The notes under the pieces: model-generated | Seen by the model: only the letters and a program-made list of their open reading frames with translations | What the model was told of the DNA's origin: nothing | The model's database searches: none | Position numbers and translations under genes: made by a program | Shown: positions 35,068-45,712 of the stretch, one piece after another | Layout: every line of letters starts with the position of its first letter | Numbering within the stretch: position 1 is the stretch's first letter | Assembly (NCBI RefSeq): GCF_016026235.1 | Contig: NZ_CP065613.1 | From: Escherichia coli | GTDB lineage: Bacteria; Pseudomonadota; Gammaproteobacteria; Enterobacterales; Enterobacteriaceae | Reading direction: 5' to 3' (one strand) | Length of the DNA stretch: 64,000 bases

Positions 35068-36753
35068 TCAGGCTTTATTGTCCACTTTGCCGCGCGCTTC
35101 GTCACGTAATTCTCGTCGCAAAATTTTTCCGACGTTAGATTTCGGTAACTCATCACGAAACTCCACCAGCTTCGGTACTTTGTATCCCGTGAGCTGACGG
35201 CGGCAAAAAGTCACCAGTGACTCTTCGGTAAGCGATGGATCTTTTTTCACTACGAAGATTTTCACCGCTTCACCACTGGAGCCGGAAGGTACGCCAACAG
35301 CCGCGACTTCCTGTACGCCAGGATGCTGCATGACGACATCTTCAATCTCGTTGGGATAGACGTTAAAACCGGAAACCAGAATCATGTCTTTTTTACGATC
35401 GACAATGCGCAGGAATCCTTCTTCATCCATTACCGCGATGTCGCCGGTGTGTAACCAGCCATTTTTGATGATTTCATCGGTAGCATCGGGACGCTGCCAG
35501 TAACCCAGCATCACCTGCGGTCCTTTGACACAAAGCTCACCCGGTTGACCTGGTGGTACTTCATTATCATCATCATCCACCAGTTTGGCTTCCGTCGACG
35601 GCACCGGCAAACCGATGCTACCACTATGATAATCAATATCATATGGGTTAACGCTGACCAGCGGCGCACACTCGGTAAGGCCATAGCCTTCCAGCAGATA
35701 CTGTCCTGTCAGTTTCACCCAACGCTCTGCCACCACTTGCTGCACTGGCATCCCTCCGCCTGCGGAAAGATGCAGACTGGAGAAATCCAGCTGCTGGAAC
35801 TCTTTATTGTTCAGCAACGCATTGAACAAGGTGTTAACGCCCGTGATAGCGGTAAACGGATATTTCGCTAACTCTTTTACCAACCCTGGAATATCGCGCG
35901 GGTTAGTGATAAGCAGGTTCTGCCCACCCAGTTCGATAAACAGCAGGCAGTTAATGGTCAGGGCAAAAATGTGATACAGCGGCAGCGCCGTCACCACCAG
36001 CTCTTTGCCCGGATGCAACAGCGGACCATAGGTCGCGTTAACCTGTTCCAGGTTCGCCAGCATATTGCGGTGAGTCAGCATCGCGCCTTTCGCCACACCA
36101 GTGGTGCCGCCGGTGTATTGCAGAAAAGCTAAATCTTCCGGCACCAGTTCGGGTTTGACGTACTGCATCCGGTAGCCGTTATGCAGTGCGCTACGAAATG
36201 AAATGGCATCTGGCAGATGGTATTTCGGCACCAAACGCTTGATGTATTTAACAACGAAATTGACTACCGTGCCTTTTGCCGTAGATAGCTGATCGCCCAT
36301 ACGGGTCAGAATTACGTGCTGAACGGCGGTTTTATCAACCACTTTTTCCAGTGTGTGAGCAAAGTTAGACACGATAACAATCGCCGATGCGCCGCTATCG
36401 TTAAGCTGATGCTCAAGCTCACGCGGGGTATACAACGGGTTAACGTTTACGACGATCATCCCGGCACGCAAAATGCCAAACAGCGCCACCGGATATTGCA
36501 ATAAATTAGGCATCATCAACGCAACGCGATCGCCTTTCTTCAGCCCCAACCCTTGTTGCAAATAAGCGGCAAACGCGCGACTGCGTTCTTCCAGCTTGCG
36601 GAAGGTCATCACCTCCCCCATATTCACAAACGCAGGCTGATCGGCGTAGCGCGCGACCGACTGCTCAAACATATCTACCAGAGATTGATAACGGTCAGGG
36701 TTGATCTCCGTCGGAACGTCCGCGGGATAACGGTTAAGCCAAACCTTCTTCAA
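35068..36753 (-). CDS. fadD: long-chain fatty acid-CoA ligase FadD
   Basis: 561 aa from a TTG start ([14 protein letters not shown]); AMP-binding motif [11 protein letters not shown]; the ORF-track start 22 codons upstream is rejected. Confidence 0.9.
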
Positions 36754-36815
36754 TTCTTCACCTCTAAAATGCGTGTTCGTCGTCATCGCAACCCCAAATG
36801 ATATACATGCCGTTA

Positions 36816-36832
36816 ACATAATATTAACTCAT
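36816..36832 (-). promoter_or_regulatory. putative FadR operator in the fadD promoter
   Basis: AGCTGGTATGATGAGTT on the minus strand, 13 of 17 matches to the FadR consensus AACTGGTCNGACCAGTT as I recall it. Confidence 0.5.
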
Positions 36833-36957
36833 CATACCAGCTTGATAATTACCCAACGAAAAGGTTGCGAAGCGCGTCACTATTTATTTTTATCTTTACC
36901 GTAAGAATGCAGAAACAGCGGACCAGCCGCTGTTTCTTTTTCTTTAAAAACAAGCAA

Positions 36958-37539
36958 TTATTCAGTTACAACTGTTTGTACTCTCGCGGGGCCGGGATTA
37001 TACCAGCCCCATCCGCCGTAGCCATAGGGCCAGCCACGACCGCCATAAAACCATGGATCAATCGGCTGAGGCGGCATAATCACCTGCTGGGTTAAATGCC
37101 AACGTTTGTAACCCGTTACTTGCATCACCATAAATTTATAGGGCGTATTGCCGATTTTGCCGTCAACCGCACCAGTGATTGGCCCGACTACCGTAACCAG
37201 TTGTCCACGGAAATCCACCGGGTCCAGAAAACCGTTCACATCGGCATAAATGCGACCGCGAGAAGGTTCTCCCAGCGTCGGTCTGGCTCCGCTGTCCAGC
37301 GGTACGGTAGCAATTTCCAGGCGGGTTTTCCCTTGCTGGTTTTGTACCGCAACCACTTTGCCACCAAAGCGTGCCTCCTGACCAACGTACAGCTGCGGCG
37401 CACTCATCACCCGAACTAAATCTTGTTGCGGCGTGGGACTGCTGCCTTTAATGGCGTCCGGCACAGTGACACAACCGCTCAGCATTAGCGCAAACGTACC
37501 TGCCAGTATGCCTTTGATAACATTCTTTTGAACCGCCAT
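36958..37539 (-). CDS. yeaY: Slp-family outer-membrane lipoprotein
   Basis: 193-aa ORF with lipobox LSGC. Confidence 0.85.
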
Positions 37540-37578
37540 GATGCGACTCCTTTTTTTCTCAGGGCATACTCTTAAGAT

Positions 37579-38274
37579 TCATTCTTTGCCCGGAAGTTTC
37601 TTCCATGCGACGTTGTTACGTAAATAAACCGGTTCGGCATGTTCCACCGCCACCGTTTTACCCTCGGCAAACATCTGACAAGCAATCGGCAGCATATCTT
37701 CTGCAGCGGGGAGTAACACTTCGCCATCGCGCAAAACCAGCTCGCTCTCTTCACCGAGATCCGGCCAGGCTTGCCAGCCCGTCCCTACCGTCACCCATTC
37801 GCCGGAAAGCTGTTGCATTCGTTCATGAACGAGTTCGGGTTTGAGTACGGCTTCGGTTTCTTCACCGTGCCAGATACCGTTTTCATCACGCTGATATTCG
37901 GCCCAGTAAACTTCGCCCATTCGCGCGTCAATGGCTGACAGCACGCGTGTTGCGCCGTTTTTGCGCCACGCCCCTTGCGCCATCGTCATTAGCGTGGAGA
38001 CGCCAATCATCGGTAATTCCGCGCCAAGCGCCAGCCCTTGCGCGATGCCAATACCAATGCGCACGCCGGTAAAGCTACCGGGGCCGCGCCCGTAAGCCAG
38101 AGCGTTAATATCAGTCAGGGAAGTTCCGCTGGTGGTCAGGATATCCTGCACCATCGGTAAGATTCGTTGAGTATGTTCACGAGGGCAAAGCTCAAAATGA
38201 GCGTTGACAGTACCGTCGTTCCACAGGGCGACAGAGCAGGCCTCTGTCGCGGTATCGATAGCCAGAATTCGCAT
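37579..38274 (-). CDS. tsaB: tRNA t6A37 biosynthesis protein TsaB
   Basis: 231-aa [20 protein letters not shown]. Confidence 0.9.
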   Translation of the reverse strand: MRILAIDTATEACSVALWNDGTVNAHFELCPREHTQRILPMVQDILTTSGTSLTDINALAYGRGPGSFTGVRIGIGIAQGLALGAELPMIGVSTLMTMAQGAWRKNGATRVLSAIDARMGEVYWAEYQRDENGIWHGEETEAVLKPELVHERMQQLSGEWVTVGTGWQAWPDLGEESELVLRDGEVLLPAAEDMLPIACQMFAEGKTVAVEHAEPVYLRNNVAWKKLPGKE

Positions 38275-38331
38275 GGGTCTTCGTGCTTAGATCAATAAAA
38301 AGGCGCGCATCATACCATACTCCGTAACAAA

Positions 38332-40242
38332 TTACCTGGAGGATGGTATCGCAAGGAAACGAACCGCACGGGCAATGTCACGGGTGCGCGGCGCGGGCGG
38401 CAGACTGGCGAGAAACGTCGCACCGTAAGGGCGCATCACCAGCCGATTATCGCAAATCACCAGCACGCCGCGATCATCGGCGTCGCGAATCAGTCGCCCT
38501 ACCCCCTGCTTGAGAGTAATCACCGCATCCGGCAGTTGTACTTCATCGAACGGGTCGCCACCGCGCAAACGGCAATCTTCCATGCGCGCTTTTAACAGTG
38601 GATCATCAGGAGAGGTAAACGGCAATTTGTCGATAATCACCAATGACAGCGTATCGCCACGCACGTCCACCCCTTCCCAGAAACTGCTGGTTGCCACAAG
38701 AAGCGCGTTACCGGCACTGACAAATTGCTGCAACAGTTGCCCTTTGCTGGTTTCCCCCTGCAATAATACGGGAAGTGTCATGGTAGCGCGGAACTGCTCG
38801 GCCAGATCGCGCATCATGGCGTGCGAGGTACAAAGCATAAAACAGCGACCGTTGTTAGCTTCGATGATCGGGCGCAGCATAGCCGCCAGTTGCCGCGCGG
38901 AACCCGGTTGATTGGTTTGCGGCAGGTTGCGCGGCACACAGAGTAACGCCTGGCGGCTGTAATCAAACGGGCTTGGCAATAGCAACGACTCCGCCTGTTC
39001 TATCCCAAGCCGCGAGGTGAAATGATGCAGATCGTCGTTCACCGACAGCGTTGCTGAGGTGAAGATCCAGCTACCGGGCTTTTGCGCCATTAACTCTTTG
39101 AATTTATCCGCCACGCTGAGCGGCGTGAGAGCCAGAGTAAAATGGCGCGAAGTGCATTCGTACCAGTAGCTGTAGCCCGGCTGATTGATCTCTTTTAGCC
39201 GCTTCAGCCGTGTGCGATACAACGTGGCGCGCTCAAATGCCGCATCCAGCAAGGCGGAACGCCCCAGTGACAGTTTCGCCACGTCATAACAAAGTTCCAG
39301 GGTGTCATCGAGCAGTAAAAATGCCCGCTGAATTTGCGGATTAGCTAACAGCTCACGCAGGTTACCGCGATAACCTGGCTCACCGAGTTGCAGACGAAAA
39401 TCCTGCGCACTCTGGGCAAGACGATCAGCGCACTTTTGTAACTGCTGGGTGTCTTTTAATTCGGTGCGGTAAGCGATGGTGATGTCTTTTGCCAGGTCGA
39501 GCAGTTGTCGACTGGAGAGTGACTGACCAAAATACTGGCTGGCAATGTCCGGTAGCTGGTGGGCTTCGTCGAAGATCATGACGTCCGCTTCCGGGATCAA
39601 CTCGCCAAATCCACTCTCTTTAACCACCATATCCGCTAGAAAGAGATGATGGTTTACCACCACCACATCGGCGTCCATCGCTTTTTTACGTGCTTTGACC
39701 ACAAAGCAATCTTTATACATCGGGCAGTCGCTGCCAAGACAGTTGTCGTTGGTGCTGGTGACCAGCGGCCACGCCTGTGAATCTTCCGCCACGCTGACGC
39801 AGGTGCTGATATCACCATCGACTGTTTGATTAGACCAGGAGCGCAGCAGGATCACATCGCTTAAGATTTGTACCGGCAGTTCGTCCCCCGCCAGCGCCTG
39901 CTGTTCGAGACGTTCAAGGCAGAGGTAGTTTGAGCGCCCTTTCAGCAGCGCCACGTTGCCCGTGTATTTCAACGCCTTTGAGACTGTTGGCAAATCGCGG
40001 CTGTAGAGCTGATCCTGCAACGCTTTTGAGCCGGTCGAGATAATGACTTTCTTTTTCGCCCGCAGCGCAGGAGCCAGGTAAGCGTAGGTTTTGCCCGTAC
40101 CGGTTCCTGCTTCCACCACCAGCGGCTGGCCTTTTTCTATCGCCTGGGTGACGGCTACCGCCATCTGTCGCTGTGGTTCTCGCGGCTTAAAGCCTGGTAT
40201 CGCTTTCGCCAGCTGACCGTCTGGTGCAAAATCGTCCGTCAC
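38332..40242 (-). CDS. yoaA: DinG-family ATP-dependent helicase YoaA
   Basis: 636-aa ORF with Walker A GTGTGKT, DEAH box and Fe-S cysteines. Confidence 0.9.
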   Translation of the reverse strand: MTDDFAPDGQLAKAIPGFKPREPQRQMAVAVTQAIEKGQPLVVEAGTGTGKTYAYLAPALRAKKKVIISTGSKALQDQLYSRDLPTVSKALKYTGNVALLKGRSNYLCLERLEQQALAGDELPVQILSDVILLRSWSNQTVDGDISTCVSVAEDSQAWPLVTSTNDNCLGSDCPMYKDCFVVKARKKAMDADVVVVNHHLFLADMVVKESGFGELIPEADVMIFDEAHQLPDIASQYFGQSLSSRQLLDLAKDITIAYRTELKDTQQLQKCADRLAQSAQDFRLQLGEPGYRGNLRELLANPQIQRAFLLLDDTLELCYDVAKLSLGRSALLDAAFERATLYRTRLKRLKEINQPGYSYWYECTSRHFTLALTPLSVADKFKELMAQKPGSWIFTSATLSVNDDLHHFTSRLGIEQAESLLLPSPFDYSRQALLCVPRNLPQTNQPGSARQLAAMLRPIIEANNGRCFMLCTSHAMMRDLAEQFRATMTLPVLLQGETSKGQLLQQFVSAGNALLVATSSFWEGVDVRGDTLSLVIIDKLPFTSPDDPLLKARMEDCRLRGGDPFDEVQLPDAVITLKQGVGRLIRDADDRGVLVICDNRLVMRPYGATFLASLPPAPRTRDIARAVRFLAIPSSR

Positions 40243-40373
40243 ACTACCCCCTGTTGATTTGAACAGGGATTATGTCAGGATGAGGGCGCTTTCGCCAGTT
40301 GAAGTGGTGACGGCGACCTCACATTGTGGCAGTCTTTGCAGCACGAAAATGGAAGTATAATGAGGACAAAATG

Positions 40374-40718
40374 ATGACTATCGTTCGTATCGATGCTGAA
40401 GCCCGCTGGTCTGATGTAGTAATCCACAACAACACGCTCTACTACACTGGTGTACCGGAAAACCTCGACGCCGATGCCTTTGAGCAAACCGCCAACACGC
40501 TGGCACAGATTGACGCCGTGCTGGAAAAACAGGGCAGCAATAAATCGAGCATTCTGGATGCCACCATTTTCCTGGCCGATAAAAACGACTTCGCGGCGAT
40601 GAATAAAGCGTGGGATGCCTGGGTTGTCGCGGGTCATGCGCCGGTGCGCTGCACGGTACAAGCGGGTTTGATGAACCCGAAGTATAAAGTTGAAATTAAG
40701 ATTGTGGCTGCGGTGTAA
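40374..40718 (+). CDS. yoaB: RidA/YjgF-family protein YoaB
   Basis: Start placed at MTIVRIDAEARW (114 aa). Confidence 0.85.
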   Translation: MTIVRIDAEARWSDVVIHNNTLYYTGVPENLDADAFEQTANTLAQIDAVLEKQGSNKSSILDATIFLADKNDFAAMNKAWDAWVVAGHAPVRCTVQAGLMNPKYKVEIKIVAAV

Positions 40719-41113
40719 GCTTTATCGAAGCAAAATAAGTCAGACGATAATTTATCGATAATACTGGTCGGTTTTACATAAATCGACCAGAGAATAAGAT
40801 ATTACTGTTGATGCTTCTGCTAATTCATTATTTATATTTATAATTTCAATTTTATCTATAAAACTAACTATATAAATAAACATAAACATGCCGTTGTGTT
40901 CGCCCTTTGATTAGCAACTCTGGTTTTCTTTCTTAGCTGAACAATCTGGTTATAGCGTGCGGACTGACCGTTAATTTTCTCCATCTTACTGGATAACACA
41001 CCATGAACTGCTACTTTTAAAACACCTGAATGTCAACAGGTTAACTCGTGCCATATCGGGTGATGCTGCCAACTTACTGATTTAGTGTATGATGGTGTTT
41101 TTGAGGTGCTCCA

Positions 41114-41389
41114 GTGGCTTCTGTTTCTATCAGCTGTCCCTCCTGTTCAGCTACTGACGGGGTGGTGCGTAACGGCAAAAGCACCGCCGGACATCAGCGC
41201 TATCTCTGCTCTCACTGCCGTAAAACATGGCAACTGCAGTTCACTTACACCGCTTCTCAACCCGGTACGCACCAGAAAATCATTGATATGGCCATGAATG
41301 GCGTTGGATGCCGAGCAACTGCCCGCATTATGGGCGTTGGCCTCAACACGATTTTACGTCACTTAAAAAACTCAGGCCGCAGTCGGTAA
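41114..41389 (+). CDS. insA: IS1 InsA
   Basis: 91-aa ORF; differs from the 3342-3617 copy at 5 residues. Confidence 0.9.
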
Positions 41390-41811
41390 CCTCGCGCATA
41401 CAGCCGGGCAGTGACGTCATCGTCTGCGCGGAAATGGACGAACAGTGGGGCTATGTCGGGGCTAAATCGCGCCAGCGCTGGCTGTTTTACGCGTATGACA
41501 GTCTCCGGAAGACGGTTGTTGCGCACGTATTCGGTGAACGCACTATGGCGACGCTGGGGCGTCTTATGAGCCTGCTGTCACCCTTTGACGTGGTGATATG
41601 GATGACGGATGGCTGGCCGCTGTATGAATCCCGCCTGAAGGGAAAGCTGCACGTAATCAGCAAGCGATATACGCAGCGAATTGAGCGGCATAACCTGAAT
41701 CTGAGGCAGCACCTGGCACGGCTGGGACGGAAGTCGCTGTCGTTCTCAAAATCGGTGGAGCTGCATGACAAAGTCATCGGGCATTATCTGAACATAAAAC
41801 ACTATCAATAA
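41308..41811 (+). CDS. insB: IS1 transposase InsB' frame
   Basis: 167-aa ORF overlapping insA in the -1 frame. Confidence 0.9.
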
Positions 41812-41837
41812 GTTGGAGTCATTACCGGATTAGTGTG

Positions 41838-42017
41838 TTACTCGTCTTCATCCTCAAAACGCGCCACGATTCGCTCGCCGGAGTGGTTGGCACGCAGCTC
41901 TTCTGCCACCAGCGCGATTGCCTGGCCGCTGCTCATCCCTTGTGCCATCAGTTCCTGGATCCGCTCGACAGCTTTTTGCTGCTGTTCATGGGTGAGTGAA
42001 GGTAAACCTGCAAACAT
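41838..42017 (-). CDS. yoaH: UPF0181 small protein YoaH (59 aa)
   Basis: Manual translation [59 protein letters not shown]; below ORF-track cutoff; stop is 11 bp from the IS1 end. Confidence 0.8.
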
Positions 42018-42090
42018 TGTTAACTCCTGCTAAATTGTTGGCGCTAATTATTTCATGCTACCCGGCACATAGCCAGTAGAGTCAGGACTG

Positions 42091-43452
42091 ATGAAGACGT
42101 TATCTCCCGCTGTGATTACTTTACCCTGGCGTCAGGACGCCGCTGAATTTTATTTCTCCCGCTTAAGCCACCTGCCGTGGGCGATGCTTTTACACTCCGG
42201 CTATGCCGATCATCCGTATAGCCGCTTTGATATTGTGGTCGCCGATCCGATTTGCACTTTAACCACTTTAGGTAAAGAAACCATTGTTAGTGAAAGCGAA
42301 AAACGCACAACGACCACTGATGACCCGCTACAGGTGCTCCAGCAGGTGCTGGATCGCGCAGACATTCGCCCAACGCATAACGAAGATTTGCCATTTCAGG
42401 GCGGCGCACTGGGGTTGTTTGGCTACGATCTGGGCCGCCGTTTTGAGTCACTGCCAGAAATTGCGGAACAAGATATCGTTCTGCCGGATATGGCAGTGGG
42501 TATCTACGATTGGGCGCTCATTGTCGACCACCAGCGTCATACAGTTTCTTTGCTGAGTCATAATGATGTCAATGCCCGTCGGGCCTGGCTGGAAAGCCAG
42601 CAATTCTCGCCGCAGGAAGATTTCACGCTCACTTCCGACTGGCAATCCAATATGACCCGCGAGCAGTACGGCGAAAAATTTCGCCTGGTACAGGAATATC
42701 TGCACAGCGGTGATTGCTATCAGGTGAATCTCGCCCAGCGTTTTCATGCGACCTATTCTGGCGATGAATGGCAGGCATTCCTTCAGCTTAATCAGGCCAA
42801 CCGCGCGCCATTTAGCGCTTTTTTACGTCTTGAACAGGGTGCAATTTTAAGCCTTTCGCCAGAGCGGTTTATTCTTTGTGATAATAGTGAAATCCAGACC
42901 CGCCCGATTAAAGGCACGCTACCACGCCTGCCCGATCCTCAGGAAGATAGCAAACAAGCAGAAAAACTGGCGAACTCAGCGAAAGATCGTGCCGAAAATC
43001 TGATGATTGTCGATTTAATGCGTAATGATATCGGTCGTGTTGCCGTAGCCGGTTCGGTAAAAGTACCAGAGCTCTTCGTGGTGGAACCCTTCCCTGCCGT
43101 GCATCATCTGGTCAGCACTATAACGGCGCGACTACCAGAACAGTTACACGCCAGCGATCTGCTGCGCGCAGCTTTTCCTGGTGGCTCAATAACCGGGGCT
43201 CCGAAAGTACGGGCTATGGAAATTATCGACGAACTGGAACCGCAGCGACGTAATGCCTGGTGCGGCAGCATTGGCTATTTGAGCTTTTGCGGCAACATGG
43301 ATACCAGCATTACTATCCGCACGCTGACTGCCATTAACGGACAAATATACTGCTCTGCGGGCGGTGGAATTGTCGCCGATAGCCAGGAAGAAGCGGAATA
43401 TCAGGAAACTTTTGATAAAGTTAATAAGATATTACGCCAACTGGAGAAGTAA
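42091..43452 (+). CDS. pabB: aminodeoxychorismate synthase component I
   Basis: 453-aa chorismate-binding enzyme. Confidence 0.9.
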   Translation: MKTLSPAVITLPWRQDAAEFYFSRLSHLPWAMLLHSGYADHPYSRFDIVVADPICTLTTLGKETIVSESEKRTTTTDDPLQVLQQVLDRADIRPTHNEDLPFQGGALGLFGYDLGRRFESLPEIAEQDIVLPDMAVGIYDWALIVDHQRHTVSLLSHNDVNARRAWLESQQFSPQEDFTLTSDWQSNMTREQYGEKFRLVQEYLHSGDCYQVNLAQRFHATYSGDEWQAFLQLNQANRAPFSAFLRLEQGAILSLSPERFILCDNSEIQTRPIKGTLPRLPDPQEDSKQAEKLANSAKDRAENLMIVDLMRNDIGRVAVAGSVKVPELFVVEPFPAVHHLVSTITARLPEQLHASDLLRAAFPGGSITGAPKVRAMEIIDELEPQRRNAWCGSIGYLSFCGNMDTSITIRTLTAINGQIYCSAGGGIVADSQEEAEYQETFDKVNKILRQLEK

Positions 43453-43455
43453 GAC

Positions 43456-44034
43456 GTGGAATACCGTAGCCTGACGCTTGATGATTTTTTATCGCGCTTT
43501 CAACTTTTGCGCCCGCAAATTAACCGGGAAACCCTAAATCATCGTCAGGCTGCCGTGTTAATCCCCATCGTCCGTCGACCGCAACCGGGGTTGTTGCTGA
43601 CTCAGCGTTCAATTCATCTGCGTAAACACGCTGGACAAGTGGCATTCCCTGGAGGTGCAGTCGATGACACGGACGCATCAGTTATCGCCGCCGCGCTGCG
43701 CGAAGCTGAAGAAGAGGTCGCTATACCGCCTTCCGCCGTTGAAGTTATCGGCGTGCTGCCGCCCGTCGATAGCGTAACTGGCTATCAGGTAACCCCAGTG
43801 GTCGGCATTATCCCGCCCGATCTGCCGTATCGCGCCAGTGAAGATGAAGTCTCGGCGGTGTTTGAAATGCCGCTCGCCCAGGCATTACATCTGGGTCGTT
43901 ATCACCCTTTAGATATCTACCGCCGTGGCGATTCACATCGGGTATGGCTGTCCTGGTACGAACAGTATTTTGTATGGGGAATGACCGCAGGCATAATTCG
44001 TGAGCTGGCGCTGCAAATTGGTGTGAAACCCTGA
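43456..44034 (+). CDS. nudL: Nudix CoA pyrophosphatase NudL
   Basis: 192-aa ORF with Nudix box (GGxxDxxDx5AxREAEEE). Confidence 0.85.
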
Positions 44035-44217
44035 CTATACTTATCTTTACATCTACAAAACACTACTTGAGACAATCATCGCAATATTAGTTAAATCGCG
44101 GTTTTTGATTAGTTTAATTCATGTGAATAGTTAAGCCAGTCGCCGCGTTCCCTCTTACACTATGCGCTGTTATTAGTTCGTTACTGGAAGTCCAGTCACC
44201 TTGTCAGGAGTATTATC

Positions 44218-45582
44218 GTGATTAGTCTATTCGACATGTTTAAGGTGGGGATTGGTCCCTCATCTTCCCATACCGTAGGGCCTATGAAGGCGGGTAAACA
44301 GTTCGTCGATGATCTGGTCGAAAAAGGCTTACTGGATAGCGTTACTCGCGTTGCCGTGGACGTTTATGGTTCACTGTCGCTGACGGGTAAAGGCCACCAC
44401 ACCGATATCGCCATTATTATGGGTCTTGCAGGTAACGAACCTGCCACCGTGGATATCGACAGTATTCCCGGTTTTATTCGCGACGTAGAAGAGCGCGAAC
44501 GTCTGCTGCTGGCACAGGGACGGCATGAAGTGGATTTCCCGCGCGACAACGGGATGCGTTTTCATAACGGCAACCTGCCGCTGCATGAAAACGGTATGCA
44601 AATCCACGCCTATAACGGCGATGAAGTCGTCTACAGCAAAACTTATTATTCCATCGGCGGCGGTTTTATCGTCGATGAAGAACACTTTGGTCAGGATGCT
44701 GCCAACGAAGTGAGCGTGCCGTATCCGTTCAAATCTGCCACCGAACTGCTCGCGTACTGTAATGAAACCGGCTATTCGCTGTCTGGTCTCGCTATGCAGA
44801 ACGAACTGGCGCTGCACAGCAAGAAAGAGATCGACGAGTATTTCGCGCATGTCTGGCAAACCATGCAGGCATGTATCGATCGCGGGATGAACACCGAAGG
44901 TGTACTGCCAGGCCCGCTGCGCGTGCCACGTCGTGCGTCTGCCCTGCGCCGGATGCTGGTTTCCAGCGATAAACTGTCTAACGATCCGATGAATGTCATT
45001 GACTGGGTAAACATGTTTGCGCTGGCAGTTAACGAAGAAAACGCCGCCGGTGGTCGTGTGGTAACTGCGCCAACCAACGGTGCCTGCGGTATCGTTCCGG
45101 CAGTGCTGGCTTACTATGACCACTTTATTGAATCGGTCAGCCCGGACATCTATACCCGTTACTTTATGGCAGCGGGCGCGATTGGTGCATTGTATAAAAT
45201 GAACGCCTCTATTTCCGGTGCGGAAGTTGGTTGCCAGGGCGAAGTGGGTGTTGCCTGTTCAATGGCTGCTGCGGGTCTTGCAGAACTGCTGGGCGGTAGC
45301 CCGGAACAGGTTTGCGTGGCGGCGGAAATTGGCATGGAACACAACCTTGGTTTAACCTGCGACCCGGTTGCAGGGCAGGTTCAGGTGCCGTGCATTGAGC
45401 GTAATGCCATTGCCTCTGTGAAGGCGATTAACGCCGCACGGATGGCTCTGCGCCGCACCAGTGCACCGCGCGTCTCGCTGGATAAGGTCATCGAAACGAT
45501 GTACGAAACCGGTAAGGACATGAACGCCAAATACCGCGAAACCTCACGCGGTGGTCTGGCAATCAAAGTCCAGTGTGACTAA
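44218..45582 (+). CDS. sdaA: L-serine dehydratase 1
   Basis: 454-aa [26 protein letters not shown] from a GTG start. Confidence 0.9.
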   Translation: MISLFDMFKVGIGPSSSHTVGPMKAGKQFVDDLVEKGLLDSVTRVAVDVYGSLSLTGKGHHTDIAIIMGLAGNEPATVDIDSIPGFIRDVEERERLLLAQGRHEVDFPRDNGMRFHNGNLPLHENGMQIHAYNGDEVVYSKTYYSIGGGFIVDEEHFGQDAANEVSVPYPFKSATELLAYCNETGYSLSGLAMQNELALHSKKEIDEYFAHVWQTMQACIDRGMNTEGVLPGPLRVPRRASALRRMLVSSDKLSNDPMNVIDWVNMFALAVNEENAAGGRVVTAPTNGACGIVPAVLAYYDHFIESVSPDIYTRYFMAAGAIGALYKMNASISGAEVGCQGEVGVACSMAAAGLAELLGGSPEQVCVAAEIGMEHNLGLTCDPVAGQVQVPCIERNAIASVKAINAARMALRRTSAPRVSLDKVIETMYETGKDMNAKYRETSRGGLAIKVQCD

Positions 45583-45712
45583 TACTTCTTACTCGCCCAT
45601 CTGCAACGGATGGGCGAATTTATCCCCGCTTTCTCGTCTGCTGTAATATTCCCCACTACACTTCCACTGTTGCGTCAGGCGTTTGTCGCCATACGCTTAC
45701 AGGGTGGCCCGC

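Larger units (their letters stand above)
41059..41826 (+). mobile_element. IS1: IS1 insertion sequence, 768 bp, canonical isoform, no target-site duplication
   Basis: Ends GGTGATGCTGCC... and ...GGAGTCATTACC; frameshift motif TTAAAAAACTC at 41363-41373; flanking 9-mers GCCATATCG and GGATTAGTG do not match. Confidence 0.95.

Noticed and set aside
36754-36819. Extended N-terminus of fadD (583 aa in the track)
   Set aside because: The FadR-box-like sequence and promoter lie inside this extension; fadD uses the TTG start at 36753.
44371-45123. 250-aa ORF antisense to sdaA
   Set aside because: Embedded in the conserved sdaA gene; antisense artefact.
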